Under the pieces are notes generated by a model. That model saw only the letters and a list, made by a program, of their open reading frames with translations, was not told the DNA's origin and made no database searches. Shown in pieces: positions 28,021 through 37,636 of a stretch of 64,000 nt of DNA (positions within the stretch are counted from its first letter, which is position 1; every line of letters begins with the position of its first letter). Origin of the DNA: Hyphomicrobiales bacterium (GTDB lineage: Bacteria; Pseudomonadota; Alphaproteobacteria; SPJN01); contig SPJN01000002.1 in the NCBI GenBank assembly GCA_006844605.1, forward strand, positions 16,337 through 80,336, given 5' to 3'. The position numbers and the translations under genes were made by a program.

Positions 28021-29037
28021 ATGACACGTTTTGATCATGACTATGATGCGGACGACCCGCATCCATTTTCGAAATATCTTGCAGCCTTGGGGCGCGGGCC
28101 GGGACGGTCGCGTTCCCTGACGCGGGACGAGGCGTTCGAGGCCATGTCCATGGTGCTTGATGGGCGCGCGGATGAGCTTCAGGTCGGGGCGTTTCTGTTA
28201 TTGCTGCGATACCGTCATGAAAACGCGGAGGAAGTTGCCGGGCTGGCAGAAGCGATCCGCCATCATGAAGGGCTGCCGCGTCTTGTTGGTGATGGCAGGC
28301 AGGGGGCTGATCTTGATTGGCCCAGTTATGCTGCCGGGCGGACGCGTGGTGCGCCGTGGTTCCTGCTATCAGCATTGTTGCTGGCGCAAAACGGTGTGCG
28401 CGTGGCGATGCATGGTTTTAACTCTCATCTGAAAAACGGGACGTTGACCGAACAATGCCTTGCGGCGCTGGATCTGCCTGTTGCCGCAAGCGTAGACGAG
28501 GCGCGCGTGCAGCTATCACAACGTAATTTCACCTATATGCCGCTGCGCAATTTTTCACCTGTAACGCAAGACCTGTTGGGATTGCGGCCCCTGCTGGGAT
28601 TGCGCACAGCGGTAAACACAGTTGTCAGAACACTGAACCCGTTGAATGCCCCGGCAAGCTTTGTTGGTATTTTTCATCCGCCTTATCTTGATGTGCAACT
28701 TGGTGCCGCGCAAAATCTGGGCACCGCGCGGGTTGGTGTGATCAAAGGCGGTGGTGGCGAGGCGGAGCGGACGCCGTTCAAGCCGGTGATGTTGTCGCTG
28801 AATCAAGACCAGCAAAACTGGCAACCCATGCTTGATAAATCATTGGGCCCCAAGGTTGACCCAGCAACGCTTGATCATCTGCTTGCTGTATGGCGTGGCG
28901 GTGTTGAGGATGCGGTCGGGCGCGCCGTTGTCATCGGTACGGCGGCACAGGCGTTGGTTGTTGCCGCCCGCGCCGCCAATCAACAAGAGGCGGAGGCGCA
29001 AGCGGCAATATTTTGGGATCGTCGCCTAGAAGCCTGA
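28021..29037 (+). CDS. glycosyl transferase family 3 / anthranilate phosphoribosyltransferase-like protein (TrpD2/YbiB-like)
   Basis: SLTRDEAFEAMSMVLDGRADELQVGAFLLLLRYRHENAEEVAGL is the TrpD-like N-terminal helical domain. Start trimmed to MTRFDHDYD. Confidence 0.6.
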   Translation: MTRFDHDYDADDPHPFSKYLAALGRGPGRSRSLTRDEAFEAMSMVLDGRADELQVGAFLLLLRYRHENAEEVAGLAEAIRHHEGLPRLVGDGRQGADLDWPSYAAGRTRGAPWFLLSALLLAQNGVRVAMHGFNSHLKNGTLTEQCLAALDLPVAASVDEARVQLSQRNFTYMPLRNFSPVTQDLLGLRPLLGLRTAVNTVVRTLNPLNAPASFVGIFHPPYLDVQLGAAQNLGTARVGVIKGGGGEAERTPFKPVMLSLNQDQQNWQPMLDKSLGPKVDPATLDHLLAVWRGGVEDAVGRAVVIGTAAQALVVAARAANQQEAEAQAAIFWDRRLEA

Positions 29038-29706
29038 GAAGCTGGCCCATTCTTCAAGCGGCGCACGGGGGCTATCAAGGCTGTTCACGACAGCCTCGTC
29101 ATCGCGATAGCCGATGCCCATCGCGCAAAACACGATACGGTCTTCGGGGATTTCAAACATTTCACGAATGGTGCCCTGCCAAATCGCCCATGCTTCCTGC
29201 GGGCAGGTATCCAACCCATATTCGCGGGCCAGCAACATGATTGACTGAATGAACATGCCAAGGTCAGACCATTGGCCTTCACACATTTGACGGTCGATAG
29301 AAAAGATAAAGGCGTTGGGCGCACCAAAGAACCGGAAATTATTGGCAAACCACATCAGGCGCGCGGCCTTGTCCTCGCGCGGAATCCCAAGGGTTGCATA
29401 CATGCGCTCCCCAATATCAAAGCGGCGGGACTTGTACGGGTCTTTCAGCTTGCGCGGATAAATATCATATTCAGCCCCTTGCCCCATCGGGGTTTCGGGC
29501 AACTGTGCGGCGACCTTATCGACCAGTTTTTGCACGTCATTTGGGCCAAGGACATGAACATGCCAGGGCTGCAAATTCCCGCCAGATGCTGTACGAGAGG
29601 CGGTTTCAAGAATGTCGGTCAGAACCTCCTGACTGATCGGGTCAGCCTTAAAGGCGCGAATGGTTTTACGGCTATTAAGCGCGTCAGACACTTTCATACT
29701 ATGCAT
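29026..29706 (-). CDS. nitroreductase family protein
   Basis: ALNSRKTIRAFK...ASRTASGGNLQPW is the classic nitroreductase N-terminus. Confidence 0.8.
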   Translation of the reverse strand: MHSMKVSDALNSRKTIRAFKADPISQEVLTDILETASRTASGGNLQPWHVHVLGPNDVQKLVDKVAAQLPETPMGQGAEYDIYPRKLKDPYKSRRFDIGERMYATLGIPREDKAARLMWFANNFRFFGAPNAFIFSIDRQMCEGQWSDLGMFIQSIMLLAREYGLDTCPQEAWAIWQGTIREMFEIPEDRIVFCAMGIGYRDDEAVVNSLDSPRAPLEEWASFSGF

Positions 29707-29746
29707 TTCCTATTATTGTTGCGATGCAAATTTTATTGTGTTGGTT

Positions 29747-30349
29747 TTACAGCAATGTCTCAGCCTTGGCGAGATCATCCGGTGTGTTGATGTTGAAGAA
29801 GGGGTCTGGCTTGTCATCGCCGAAATCAACACGCACAGCGCCGATTTTGTCGATAAAGCGCATGAAGCTGTAGTGGCCGGCCTCAAGCTGGTCTTCCAGG
29901 GCGTCCAGCACCTCAGGACGCCACAGACCCACGGTAGGGTGATCCTTATTATGGCTGCGGGTGATGGCGGCAGCGGCATCGGTTTGGGTCAGGGCCTGCT
30001 GCAATATCGAAACCAGATTATCCGGCAAAAACGGCGTGTCGGTTGGTACGGTCAATAATAGGGCTGGGCTGGGCAGGGCGCTTAATCCGGCGAAAAGTCC
30101 CTCCAGCGGGCCGCGCCGTTCATCAGTCAGGTCGCTCAACAAAGGTAAGTCAAATTCAGACAGGGCCGGGTCACTGCCGTTGATGGCGAGCAAATCAACC
30201 TGCGGTGTTATTTTGTCAATCACATGACGGATCAGGAATTTTCCGTTAAGCTGACGAAAAGGTTTTGAGGGGGCATGCGGATCAGTGTCCTTGTTGGCAA
30301 GGCGGCGTCCCTCACCACCTGCAATGACAATTCCGTGAATGGGCTGCAT
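29747..30349 (-). CDS. mobA: molybdenum cofactor guanylyltransferase
   Basis: GIVIAGGEGRRL motif. 200 aa, with a PTDTPFLP segment. Confidence 0.85.
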   Translation of the reverse strand: MQPIHGIVIAGGEGRRLANKDTDPHAPSKPFRQLNGKFLIRHVIDKITPQVDLLAINGSDPALSEFDLPLLSDLTDERRGPLEGLFAGLSALPSPALLLTVPTDTPFLPDNLVSILQQALTQTDAAAAITRSHNKDHPTVGLWRPEVLDALEDQLEAGHYSFMRFIDKIGAVRVDFGDDKPDPFFNINTPDDLAKAETLL

Positions 30350-30388
30350 TTGCTTGCCTCTTTACCGTCGTTTGAGTAGGCAGAGTCT

Positions 30389-31090
30389 ATGAACTCGTTC
30401 CTTGATGCAAGTCTAGATGCGTTCCTGTTGCTCCTTTCAGGGGATGGGCAGGTATGGGCGATTGTTGGCCGCTCCTTATTGATTTCGCTGATCAGTGTTG
30501 TGATCGGTGCGATGATTGGCATCCCGTTTGGTACTTTGTTGGCGTTGAAACAATTTCGCGGGCGCGATGTTTTGTCGACATTGACCAATGGATTTATGGG
30601 CCTGCCGCCGGTGGTAATCGGCCTTGGTGTGTTTTTATTGTTGGCGCGCAATGGCCCTTTCGGGGTGTTGGACCTGTTATATACAAAACAAGCGATGATC
30701 ATCGCGCAGGTGATTTTGGTGACCCCGATCATTGCGGCCTATAGCCGGGATGTGATGATGACCCAATCGGCGCGCTTTGGCATGTTGTTGCGGGCCTATC
30801 ATGTGCCGCGTCTTGCCGGGGTGCTGACCCTGATGAAAGAGGGGCGGCGCGGGATCATCGGTGGATTGTTGGCAGGCTTCGGTCGTGCCAGTGCCGAGGT
30901 CGGCGCGGTCATGATCGTGGGCGGTAATATTGAGGCGCACACACGCGTCATGACAACAGCCATCACCCTTGAAACCGCAAAGGGGAACTTGGCATTGGCG
31001 TTGGGGTTGGGGTTTGTGCTGATTGCCATGACGGTGATTGTCAGCGCGTTGTTAAGTGGCCTGACCCGCGAACGGGGGGCAAAATCATGA
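30389..31090 (+). CDS. ABC transporter permease (TupB-like, possible tungstate/molybdate uptake)
   Basis: 233 aa, about 5 TM helices, first gene of a permease-ATPase-binding protein operon divergent from mobA. The substrate is inferred from context only. Confidence 0.65.
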   Translation: MNSFLDASLDAFLLLLSGDGQVWAIVGRSLLISLISVVIGAMIGIPFGTLLALKQFRGRDVLSTLTNGFMGLPPVVIGLGVFLLLARNGPFGVLDLLYTKQAMIIAQVILVTPIIAAYSRDVMMTQSARFGMLLRAYHVPRLAGVLTLMKEGRRGIIGGLLAGFGRASAEVGAVMIVGGNIEAHTRVMTTAITLETAKGNLALALGLGFVLIAMTVIVSALLSGLTRERGAKS

Positions 31091-31767
31091 TCCATATTGA
31101 TGGCGTTACCTTTGCCGGTGTCGGCCCCTATAATTTACAGTTGGACCCTGCTGCGTTGACGGTGGTGATCGGCCCGAACGGTGCGGGCAAAAGTCTTTTG
31201 CTGAAATTGCTGCATGGGTTGGTTAAGCCGTTGGCCGGAACGATCAAGCGCGGCGATGGTGACCCAACGCTGGCAGAACAAAGTTTTGTGGCGCACGAAT
31301 TGGGTTTTTTGGAACGGTCAGTGCGTGATAATCTTGTGTGGTTGATGCGTGTGCATGGGATGAACAAGCCTGAAGCCATCAGTCATGCGGATGGGTTGTT
31401 GCGGGTTGCTGGGTTGGACCATTTGTCTGAACGCCCGGCATTGACCCTATCTGCGGGGGAACAGGCGATACTGGGCTTGGCCCGTGGGTTGGTCATGCAG
31501 CCGCGCCTTGTTCTGTTGGATGAGCCGACGGCCCATCTGGATCCGCGGGGCACCAAAAGCGTCGAAGACGTCATTTCAGATATGCGCCAACAGGGCCTTG
31601 GTATCTTGATGACCACCCATGATTTCGGACAGGCCCGCCGTCTGGCTGAACAATTGATTGTTATGGTGGACGGCAAGGTGGTAGAGGCAGGCGCAGCAGC
31701 TGACGTTTTGAACACGCCCAAATCAGCAGAGGCAGCAGCCTTCCTTGCCGGAGAGCTTGTGTCGTGA
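31087..31767 (+). CDS. ABC transporter ATP-binding protein
   Basis: Walker A GPNGAGKS, signature LSAGEQ, Walker B LVLLDEPT. Overlaps both neighbours by 4 nt. Confidence 0.85.
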   Translation: MIHIDGVTFAGVGPYNLQLDPAALTVVIGPNGAGKSLLLKLLHGLVKPLAGTIKRGDGDPTLAEQSFVAHELGFLERSVRDNLVWLMRVHGMNKPEAISHADGLLRVAGLDHLSERPALTLSAGEQAILGLARGLVMQPRLVLLDEPTAHLDPRGTKSVEDVISDMRQQGLGILMTTHDFGQARRLAEQLIVMVDGKVVEAGAAADVLNTPKSAEAAAFLAGELVS

Positions 31768-32552
31768 GGCGAGGGCGTATCACCCTTGCGGCGCTATTAT
31801 GCTGTATCAGCCTGTCTGCATGGGCGGCGCCCTTAACGCTGATTATGACAACGTCGATTGAGGCGTCGGGCCTTGGCCCCTATTTGCGGGCAGCCTATTA
31901 CGAAGATACGGGCGCAGAAGTGCGGGCCATTATTACAGGATCAGGGCAGGCCTATGCGGCCGTGCGACATGGTACGATTGACGTGATCATGACCCATGAA
32001 CCTGATGGGGCAAAGCAGCTGTATGATAGTGGCTTTATCACACGGCCCCGGCCGTTTATGGCCAACCACTTTATACTGGTTGGGCCTGTCGATGACCCCA
32101 TAGGGGTTTCAAAAGTGGCCGGGTTGGAAGAGGGGTTTGTTTTGTTGCGGGAACGTCAGGCCCGCTTTGTCTCTCGTGGCGACCTGTCAGGAACCCACAA
32201 GCGCGAAGAAAGGCTGTGGGCACTGACCGGAATGGCACCGGACCATAAAGATTATATCAAGGCGGGCATTGGCATGGCCGGTGCCTTGCGCATGGCCGAT
32301 CAGCTTGAAGCCTATACATTGACCGAACCTGGCAGCTTTTTAACTGCCGCGCGTGGTTTGGATTTGGCGATTATGATAGGCGATGATCAGAATGTTGAAA
32401 ATCGCTATGAGATCAGCATGACCAAGGATGCGGATGACCGGGGGCAAGCATTTGCCGATTGGCTGTTAAGCCCGTTGGGACAATCACGTATCGCGTCGTT
32501 TACGGTTGATAACCAACACCCGTATCGCCCGATCAGGACCCCTTTGCAATGA
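31764..32552 (+). CDS. periplasmic substrate-binding protein (TupA-like)
   Basis: Signal peptide LAALLCCISLSAWA. IMTTSIEASGL resembles the TupA TTTS anion-binding motif (from memory). Confidence 0.6.
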   Translation: MRRGRITLAALLCCISLSAWAAPLTLIMTTSIEASGLGPYLRAAYYEDTGAEVRAIITGSGQAYAAVRHGTIDVIMTHEPDGAKQLYDSGFITRPRPFMANHFILVGPVDDPIGVSKVAGLEEGFVLLRERQARFVSRGDLSGTHKREERLWALTGMAPDHKDYIKAGIGMAGALRMADQLEAYTLTEPGSFLTAARGLDLAIMIGDDQNVENRYEISMTKDADDRGQAFADWLLSPLGQSRIASFTVDNQHPYRPIRTPLQ

Positions 32553-32781
32553 CAAAGCAATAGCTGCCATCGTGATGATCATCACGGCTGATCATGGTGT
32601 GGCCATGCTCCTCACAAAAATGCGTGAGGTCGAGCGGTGAGACGGGATCTGTTGTTTGGATCATCAAAACGTCACCGGGACCAAGCGTCCGCATTGCCTT
32701 TTGCACCTTTAAGACGGGCAGGGGGCAACGCAGGCCGCGGGCATCAATTGTTAGCTTGATATCTGGTTGTAGGGCAGTCAT
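32533..32781 (-). CDS. TusA/SirA family sulfurtransferase
   Basis: IDARGLRCPLPVLKVQKAM contains the CPxP motif. Start trimmed to MTALQPDIKL. Confidence 0.75.
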   Translation of the reverse strand: MTALQPDIKLTIDARGLRCPLPVLKVQKAMRTLGPGDVLMIQTTDPVSPLDLTHFCEEHGHTMISRDDHHDGSYCFVIAKGS

Positions 32782-32791
32782 GCCCCAATGT

Positions 32792-33295
32792 TTAGCCGAC
32801 CGCGTGGCGTTTCTCAATCACCGTTATGCGCCCATCGCCCGGTTGTTGATAGGCTTCGGTAAAAGCATTGATGGCGTCGGCAAAATGCTCAACATCATAT
32901 GCTTTGCGCACGTCAAAGGTCGAAAACCCTGTGCGCAGCATATAATTCAGTTGATCAAACAACACATCACCAACGGCGCGCAATTCGCCCGTCCAGCCAA
33001 GCTGTTCGCGCAACAGGCGTGCGTGCGTGAAGCCGCGCCCATCTTTATATTGCGGAAAATCAATGGCGATCAGCGCCAGCTTACCCAAATGATCAACCAA
33101 CGCGCGTGTGTCGTCGGCAGGTGCCAACAACACACCCAGCGGCGCTGTGCGTGCGTTTAACGAGCCATCTTCGACCGCGTCCAAAAAACGGGCAAGCGGC
33201 AGGATTTGCGCCTGATCATTGTTCAGCGCATCGTCGTCTGCAAGCAGGGTGAAGCTGTCTTCGACCAGCTTCTGGCCATCCTTATTCAGAACCAT
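32792..33295 (-). CDS. DUF934 domain-containing protein
   Basis: The position immediately after sulfite reductase and the FPQYKDGRGFT segment are typical of DUF934. Start trimmed to MVLNKDG, which overlaps cysI by 14 nt. Confidence 0.65.
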   Translation of the reverse strand: MVLNKDGQKLVEDSFTLLADDDALNNDQAQILPLARFLDAVEDGSLNARTAPLGVLLAPADDTRALVDHLGKLALIAIDFPQYKDGRGFTHARLLREQLGWTGELRAVGDVLFDQLNYMLRTGFSTFDVRKAYDVEHFADAINAFTEAYQQPGDGRITVIEKRHAVG

Positions 33296-34949
33296 AAAGC
33301 GCCTCCTTAAACGGACCAAGGCCAACACGGCCCACATAGGACAGGAATGTTTCTTCCTTGCTGTCGCGGCCGTTTACATAGGTTGTAACAACAGTTTCGA
33401 CTGCATCGGCAACTTCGTCATAGCCGAATGCACGGCCAACAATCTTGCCAACTGCTGCATTTTCGTCAGCCGACCCACCAAGGGTGATCTGATAATATTC
33501 GGTGCCCTTTTTATCGACACCCAGAATGCCGATATGGCCCACATGATGGTGGCCGCAGGCATTGATGCAGCCCGAAATTTTGACCTTCAACTCACCAATG
33601 TCATGCTGGCGGTTCAGATCGGCAAAGCGGGCATCAATCATCTGCCCGACAGGGATTGAGCGGGCATTGGCAAGATTACAGTAATCAAGGCCGGGGCACA
33701 CGATCATGTCAGTGACAAGGCCCAGATTGGCGGTGCCAAGATCAATGTGATCAAGCGCCTGCCACAGGGCATACAGGTCATCAAACTTCACATGGGGCAG
33801 CACTAGGTTCTGCTCATGGGTGACACGAATGTCAGAGAAGCTGTAGCGATCAGCAAGATCAGCAACCAAATCCATCTGTTCAGACGTCGCATCGCCGGGA
33901 ATGCCGCCTGCAGGCTTGAGTGAAATATTGGCGATGGCATAGCCGGGCACTTTATGCGGCGCAATGTTGGTCGCGGCCCATGCTGCAAAGCGTGTGTCTT
34001 TTGCCTTGGCGTCTTCGAACGTGCTGCTTGTGGCTGCAAGGCTTTCATAAGCGGGGTCAGAGAAGAAGGCCGCAACACGCGAAAACTCTTCATCGCGCAG
34101 GCGGAACTGCTCATAGGCATGTTGTTTGACGGCGGCGAATTCTTCATCCACCAGCCGTGTAAACTCTTCCACGCCGGTTTCGTTGACAGTGATTTTGATC
34201 CGCGCCTTGTACAGATTATCGCGGCGACCCAGCATGTTGTAGGTGCGCAATACAGCCTCAAGATAGCAAATCAAGTCCTGACGGGGCACAAAGCTGTTCA
34301 GCTTTTTGGCGATAACCGGTGTGCGGCCCTGACCGCCACCAACCCATACGGCATAGCCGATGTCGCCGGCATCATTCTTGACGATCTCAATCCCGATATC
34401 GTGAAAGCGCATGGCGGCGCGATCATTCTCAGTCGCGGTGATGGCGATTTTGAACTTGCGGGGCAGGAATGAAAATTCCGGGTGGAATGTTGACCATTGG
34501 CGCAAAACTTCGCCCGTGATGCGGGGGTCTTCAACCTCGTCCGGGGTTGCGCCTGCATATTGGTCGGTTGTGATGTTGCGAATGCAGTTGCCGCTGGTCT
34601 GGATGGCATGCATCTCAACCTCTGACAAATCTTTCAGCAATTCAGACACGTCATCAAGGCGCGGCCAGTTGAACTGAATGTTCTGCCGGGTTGTGAAATG
34701 GCCATAGCCCTTGTCATATTTGCGGGCGCAATCAGCCAGCATACGCATCTGGCCACCGTTCAATGTCCCATAGGGGACGGCAACGCGCAGCATATAGGCG
34801 TGAAGCTGTAGATACAGGCCATTCATCAGGCGATGCGGGCGAAATTCTTCTTCCAGCACATTGCCTGCGGTACGGCGTTCGACCTGACCGCGAAACTGGT
34901 CTACCCGTTCGCTCACCAGCCCGTTATCGAATTGATCATATTGATACAT
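33282..34949 (-). CDS. cysI: assimilatory sulfite reductase (nitrite/sulfite reductase family, siroheme/4Fe-4S)
   Basis: 555 aa. Cysteine clusters CPGLDYCNLA and SGCINACGHHH. The DUF2849 and DUF934 flanks are the alphaproteobacterial sulfite reductase context. Confidence 0.85.
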   Translation of the reverse strand: MYQYDQFDNGLVSERVDQFRGQVERRTAGNVLEEEFRPHRLMNGLYLQLHAYMLRVAVPYGTLNGGQMRMLADCARKYDKGYGHFTTRQNIQFNWPRLDDVSELLKDLSEVEMHAIQTSGNCIRNITTDQYAGATPDEVEDPRITGEVLRQWSTFHPEFSFLPRKFKIAITATENDRAAMRFHDIGIEIVKNDAGDIGYAVWVGGGQGRTPVIAKKLNSFVPRQDLICYLEAVLRTYNMLGRRDNLYKARIKITVNETGVEEFTRLVDEEFAAVKQHAYEQFRLRDEEFSRVAAFFSDPAYESLAATSSTFEDAKAKDTRFAAWAATNIAPHKVPGYAIANISLKPAGGIPGDATSEQMDLVADLADRYSFSDIRVTHEQNLVLPHVKFDDLYALWQALDHIDLGTANLGLVTDMIVCPGLDYCNLANARSIPVGQMIDARFADLNRQHDIGELKVKISGCINACGHHHVGHIGILGVDKKGTEYYQITLGGSADENAAVGKIVGRAFGYDEVADAVETVVTTYVNGRDSKEETFLSYVGRVGLGPFKEALYGSE

Positions 34950-34960
34950 GGGGATTGTCC

Positions 34961-35344
34961 TTATGCCGCTTGATCGACGGGGCCGGGGCGTAAGCCTGAC
35001 TGTTTGCCCAAATCGGTGCGGATGGTCGGGCCCTTGGCGCGAATAACCTCGCGCTGGGAAATGGCCTGAATTGTGCCGTCCTCGTCCCGTTCAACAGGGA
35101 ACAGGTAGGGGGCAACAACATCATTGCCGTTTTCCTCGACCGGAATGCGTGCTTCAAGAATGGCCACTTCATCTTCTGTGGCGGCCAACAAGGCGTCCTG
35201 AATATTCAGTGACCAGTCGCCACGACATGACCAATAAACCACATCACCGCTTAACAGCAGGTTGGCAGTCAGTGCCTGCAATGCCGCATGTTTCGTATTC
35301 ATATTGGCCATGGTCTTGTCCCTCAAAGAAACTGTGTTCACCAT
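34961..35344 (-). CDS. DUF2849 domain-containing protein
   Basis: Small ORF directly upstream of cysI (LLLSGDVVYW...). The start could instead be the internal MANMNTK (35311). Confidence 0.6.
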   Translation of the reverse strand: MVNTVSLRDKTMANMNTKHAALQALTANLLLSGDVVYWSCRGDWSLNIQDALLAATEDEVAILEARIPVEENGNDVVAPYLFPVERDEDGTIQAISQREVIRAKGPTIRTDLGKQSGLRPGPVDQAA

Positions 35345-35368
35345 GGAATATAGGCCATTCGGGTTATT

Positions 35369-35390
35369 ATTTCAATTCTTTGTGTGAAAT
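35369..35390. promoter_or_regulatory. inverted repeat ATTTCA-N10-TGAAAT in the AT-rich divergent promoter region
   Basis: ATTTCA at 35369..35374 and TGAAAT at 35385..35390. The surrounding 65 bp or so is the most AT-rich stretch I noticed in the window. Confidence 0.3.
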
Positions 35391-35610
35391 AAAACAAACA
35401 ACACACATAATATGTTTAATATGAAATTGGCAGAAATCAGCCGATCGGCTTTCAATCGTGTCCATATCGGCGGGGATGGGTGCTGCGCGGATTGCCGCAA
35501 GTGGTCGCCAGATTGGCAAAGATGCGGCGATTGGGGCGCGCACAGACCATTGCGCTTTGGGTGATCCCTGTTATTGTGCTGCGCAACAAATAACTGACAA
35601 TTCTGCAAAC

Positions 35611-35641
35611 AAAGCCCTGTGGCGCAATCTGCCGGGGCTTT
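35611..35641 (+). promoter_or_regulatory. terminator-like hairpin 23 nt upstream of the GT4 start codon
   Basis: AAAGCCC (35611..35617) pairs with GGGCTTT (35635..35641), with inner GGC/GCC pairs, followed by TGCATTTAT. Confidence 0.3.
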
Positions 35642-35663
35642 TGCATTTATGGGCTGACCCTCA

Positions 35664-36911
35664 ATGAGCCAACCCCTCAAAATTTGCCTGCTGGGCTACA
35701 GGTCGCAACCTTTTTCCGGCGGTCAGGGCATCTATATTCGCTATCTTGCGCACGCGTTGCGTGACCTTGGTCATGACGTGACAGTCATTTCGGGCGAACC
35801 TTATTCGCATTTGGATGACGATATTACGTTGGTCAAAATGCCGGGGCTGAACCTGTTTGCTGCCGAAAACGCCATGAAGGCCCTGCGGTGGCACCATTTC
35901 AAGGATCGCATCGATCTGTTTGAGTGGTGGAGCCACAATAGCGGTGGCTTCCCCGAACCCTATACGTTTGGGGAGCGGTTAGTGCGCTGGTTCAAAAAGA
36001 ACAAACCTGATTTCGACATCATCCATGACAATCAATGTCTGGCGCCGGGCTTGCTGAAGCTGGAAAAAATGGGCTATCCCGTTGTGACGACCATCCATCA
36101 TCCAATTACGGTTGATCGTGATATCGCTATCAATGCCGCGCCTGATTGGAAATTGCGCCTGCTGGCCAAGCGGTGGCACTCATTCCTGACCATGCAGATC
36201 AAGGTGGCGCGCAAGCTGCAACATATTCTGACTGTATCGGAATGTTCAAAGCGCGACATCGCACGCGATTTCAAGGTTCGCCCTGATCAGATGACTGTCG
36301 TGTTGAACGGCATCGACAGCGAAATATTTTCGCCGCGCCCTGCGATTGCGCGTAAATCCAATCGTTTGATGACAATTGCCAGCGCCGATCACCCGCTGAA
36401 GGGGTTGAATTACCTAATCGATGCTTTGGCATTGTTGCGGCAGGACCGCCCGGATCTGGAATTGACGGTTATCGGTGCGCCCAAGCCCGGTGGGCCGACA
36501 GAAACCCAAATTAAGTCACTGGGGCTTGAGGACGCGATCACGTTCCGCCACGGGTTGGAGCCTGAGGAGATTGTGGAGCTGTGGGCAGAGGCTACCATCG
36601 CCGTGTCCCCCAGTGTTTACGAAGGGTTTGGCTTGCCCGCGGGCGAGGCAATGGCCTGCGGTGTACCGTTGGTATCGGCTGCCGGTGGGGCGTTGCCCGA
36701 AGTGGTTGGGGATGCAGGCATTGTGGTGCCGGTTCGCGATTCACAGGCATTGGCCCGTGAAATCGGCGGTTTGCTGGATGACCCTGCGCGCCGAGACCAC
36801 CTTGCCAAAATGGGGCGGGACAGGATATTGAACGCCTTTACATGGAAACGCGCGGCAGAACAAAGCGTCGCGTTATATGAAACTGCAATTAATCAGGCCA
36901 GAAACGCGTAG
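35664..36911 (+). CDS. glycosyltransferase family 4 (GT-B fold)
   Basis: 415 aa. N-terminal KICLLGYRSQPFSGGQGIYIRYLAHAL and C-terminal EGFGLPAGEAMACGVPLVS (E-x7-E). Confidence 0.85.
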   Translation: MSQPLKICLLGYRSQPFSGGQGIYIRYLAHALRDLGHDVTVISGEPYSHLDDDITLVKMPGLNLFAAENAMKALRWHHFKDRIDLFEWWSHNSGGFPEPYTFGERLVRWFKKNKPDFDIIHDNQCLAPGLLKLEKMGYPVVTTIHHPITVDRDIAINAAPDWKLRLLAKRWHSFLTMQIKVARKLQHILTVSECSKRDIARDFKVRPDQMTVVLNGIDSEIFSPRPAIARKSNRLMTIASADHPLKGLNYLIDALALLRQDRPDLELTVIGAPKPGGPTETQIKSLGLEDAITFRHGLEPEEIVELWAEATIAVSPSVYEGFGLPAGEAMACGVPLVSAAGGALPEVVGDAGIVVPVRDSQALAREIGGLLDDPARRDHLAKMGRDRILNAFTWKRAAEQSVALYETAINQARNA

Positions 36912-36913
36912 TT

Positions 36914-37636
36914 ATGCTGACAGTAAAGTTTGAAATTATCGGTCTGAAAGACGGTGAACGTATTCTTGACCTTGGCTGTGGCGAGGGGCGTCATACGCAT
37001 GCCATGTTCGCAGCCGCCAATTGTCATGCCGTTGGTGTGGATCTTGGCTATGCTGACGTTCACAAAACACGTCAGGCCTTTTGGGACGCCTATGGTGTGC
37101 CGCCGGTTGAAGACCAGCAATGGTCGGTTTCGGTCGCAGACGCGCTGCGCCTGCCATTCCCGGACGGCAGTTTTGATAAGGTGATATGTTCAGAAGTGTT
37201 GGAGCATATTCCCGATTATGAAGCGGCTCTTGATGAGGTGTTCCGCATCTTGAAGCCCGGCGGTGTTTTTGCGGCCTCCGTCCCGCGGGAAGGGCCTGAA
37301 AAAATCTGCTGGGCCTTGTCTGAAGATTATCATAACGAGCCGGGCGGCCATGTGCGCATCTTCACGGCAAATGGCTTTAAGGCCGATATCGAAAAGCGTG
37401 GTTTCACCGCCTATGCCAAACATTGGGCACATGCGTTGCATTCACCCTATTGGTGGTTGCGTTGCGCCTTTTACGATACGCAGGACACCAACAAGGCAGT
37501 GGCACTGTATAAGCGGTTCCTTGAATGGGATTTGCTGGAAGGGCCGTGGTTGACCCGCACCCTTGAAAAGCTGCTGAACCCGTTGATCGGCAAATCGGTC
37601 GTCTTCTACTTCCGCAAGGGTGGTGAGACGGGCTGA
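36914..37636 (+). CDS. class I SAM-dependent methyltransferase
   Basis: ILDLGCGEGRH motif I, VICSEVLEHIPD, LKPGGVF. Starts 3 nt after the GT4 gene. Confidence 0.85.
   Translation: MLTVKFEIIGLKDGERILDLGCGEGRHTHAMFAAANCHAVGVDLGYADVHKTRQAFWDAYGVPPVEDQQWSVSVADALRLPFPDGSFDKVICSEVLEHIPDYEAALDEVFRILKPGGVFAASVPREGPEKICWALSEDYHNEPGGHVRIFTANGFKADIEKRGFTAYAKHWAHALHSPYWWLRCAFYDTQDTNKAVALYKRFLEWDLLEGPWLTRTLEKLLNPLIGKSVVFYFRKGGETG

Noticed and set aside
30350-30388. Moco riboswitch between mobA and the Tup-like transporter
   Set aside because: The divergent intergenic region is only 39 bp, too short for the roughly 130-nt Moco RNA motif.
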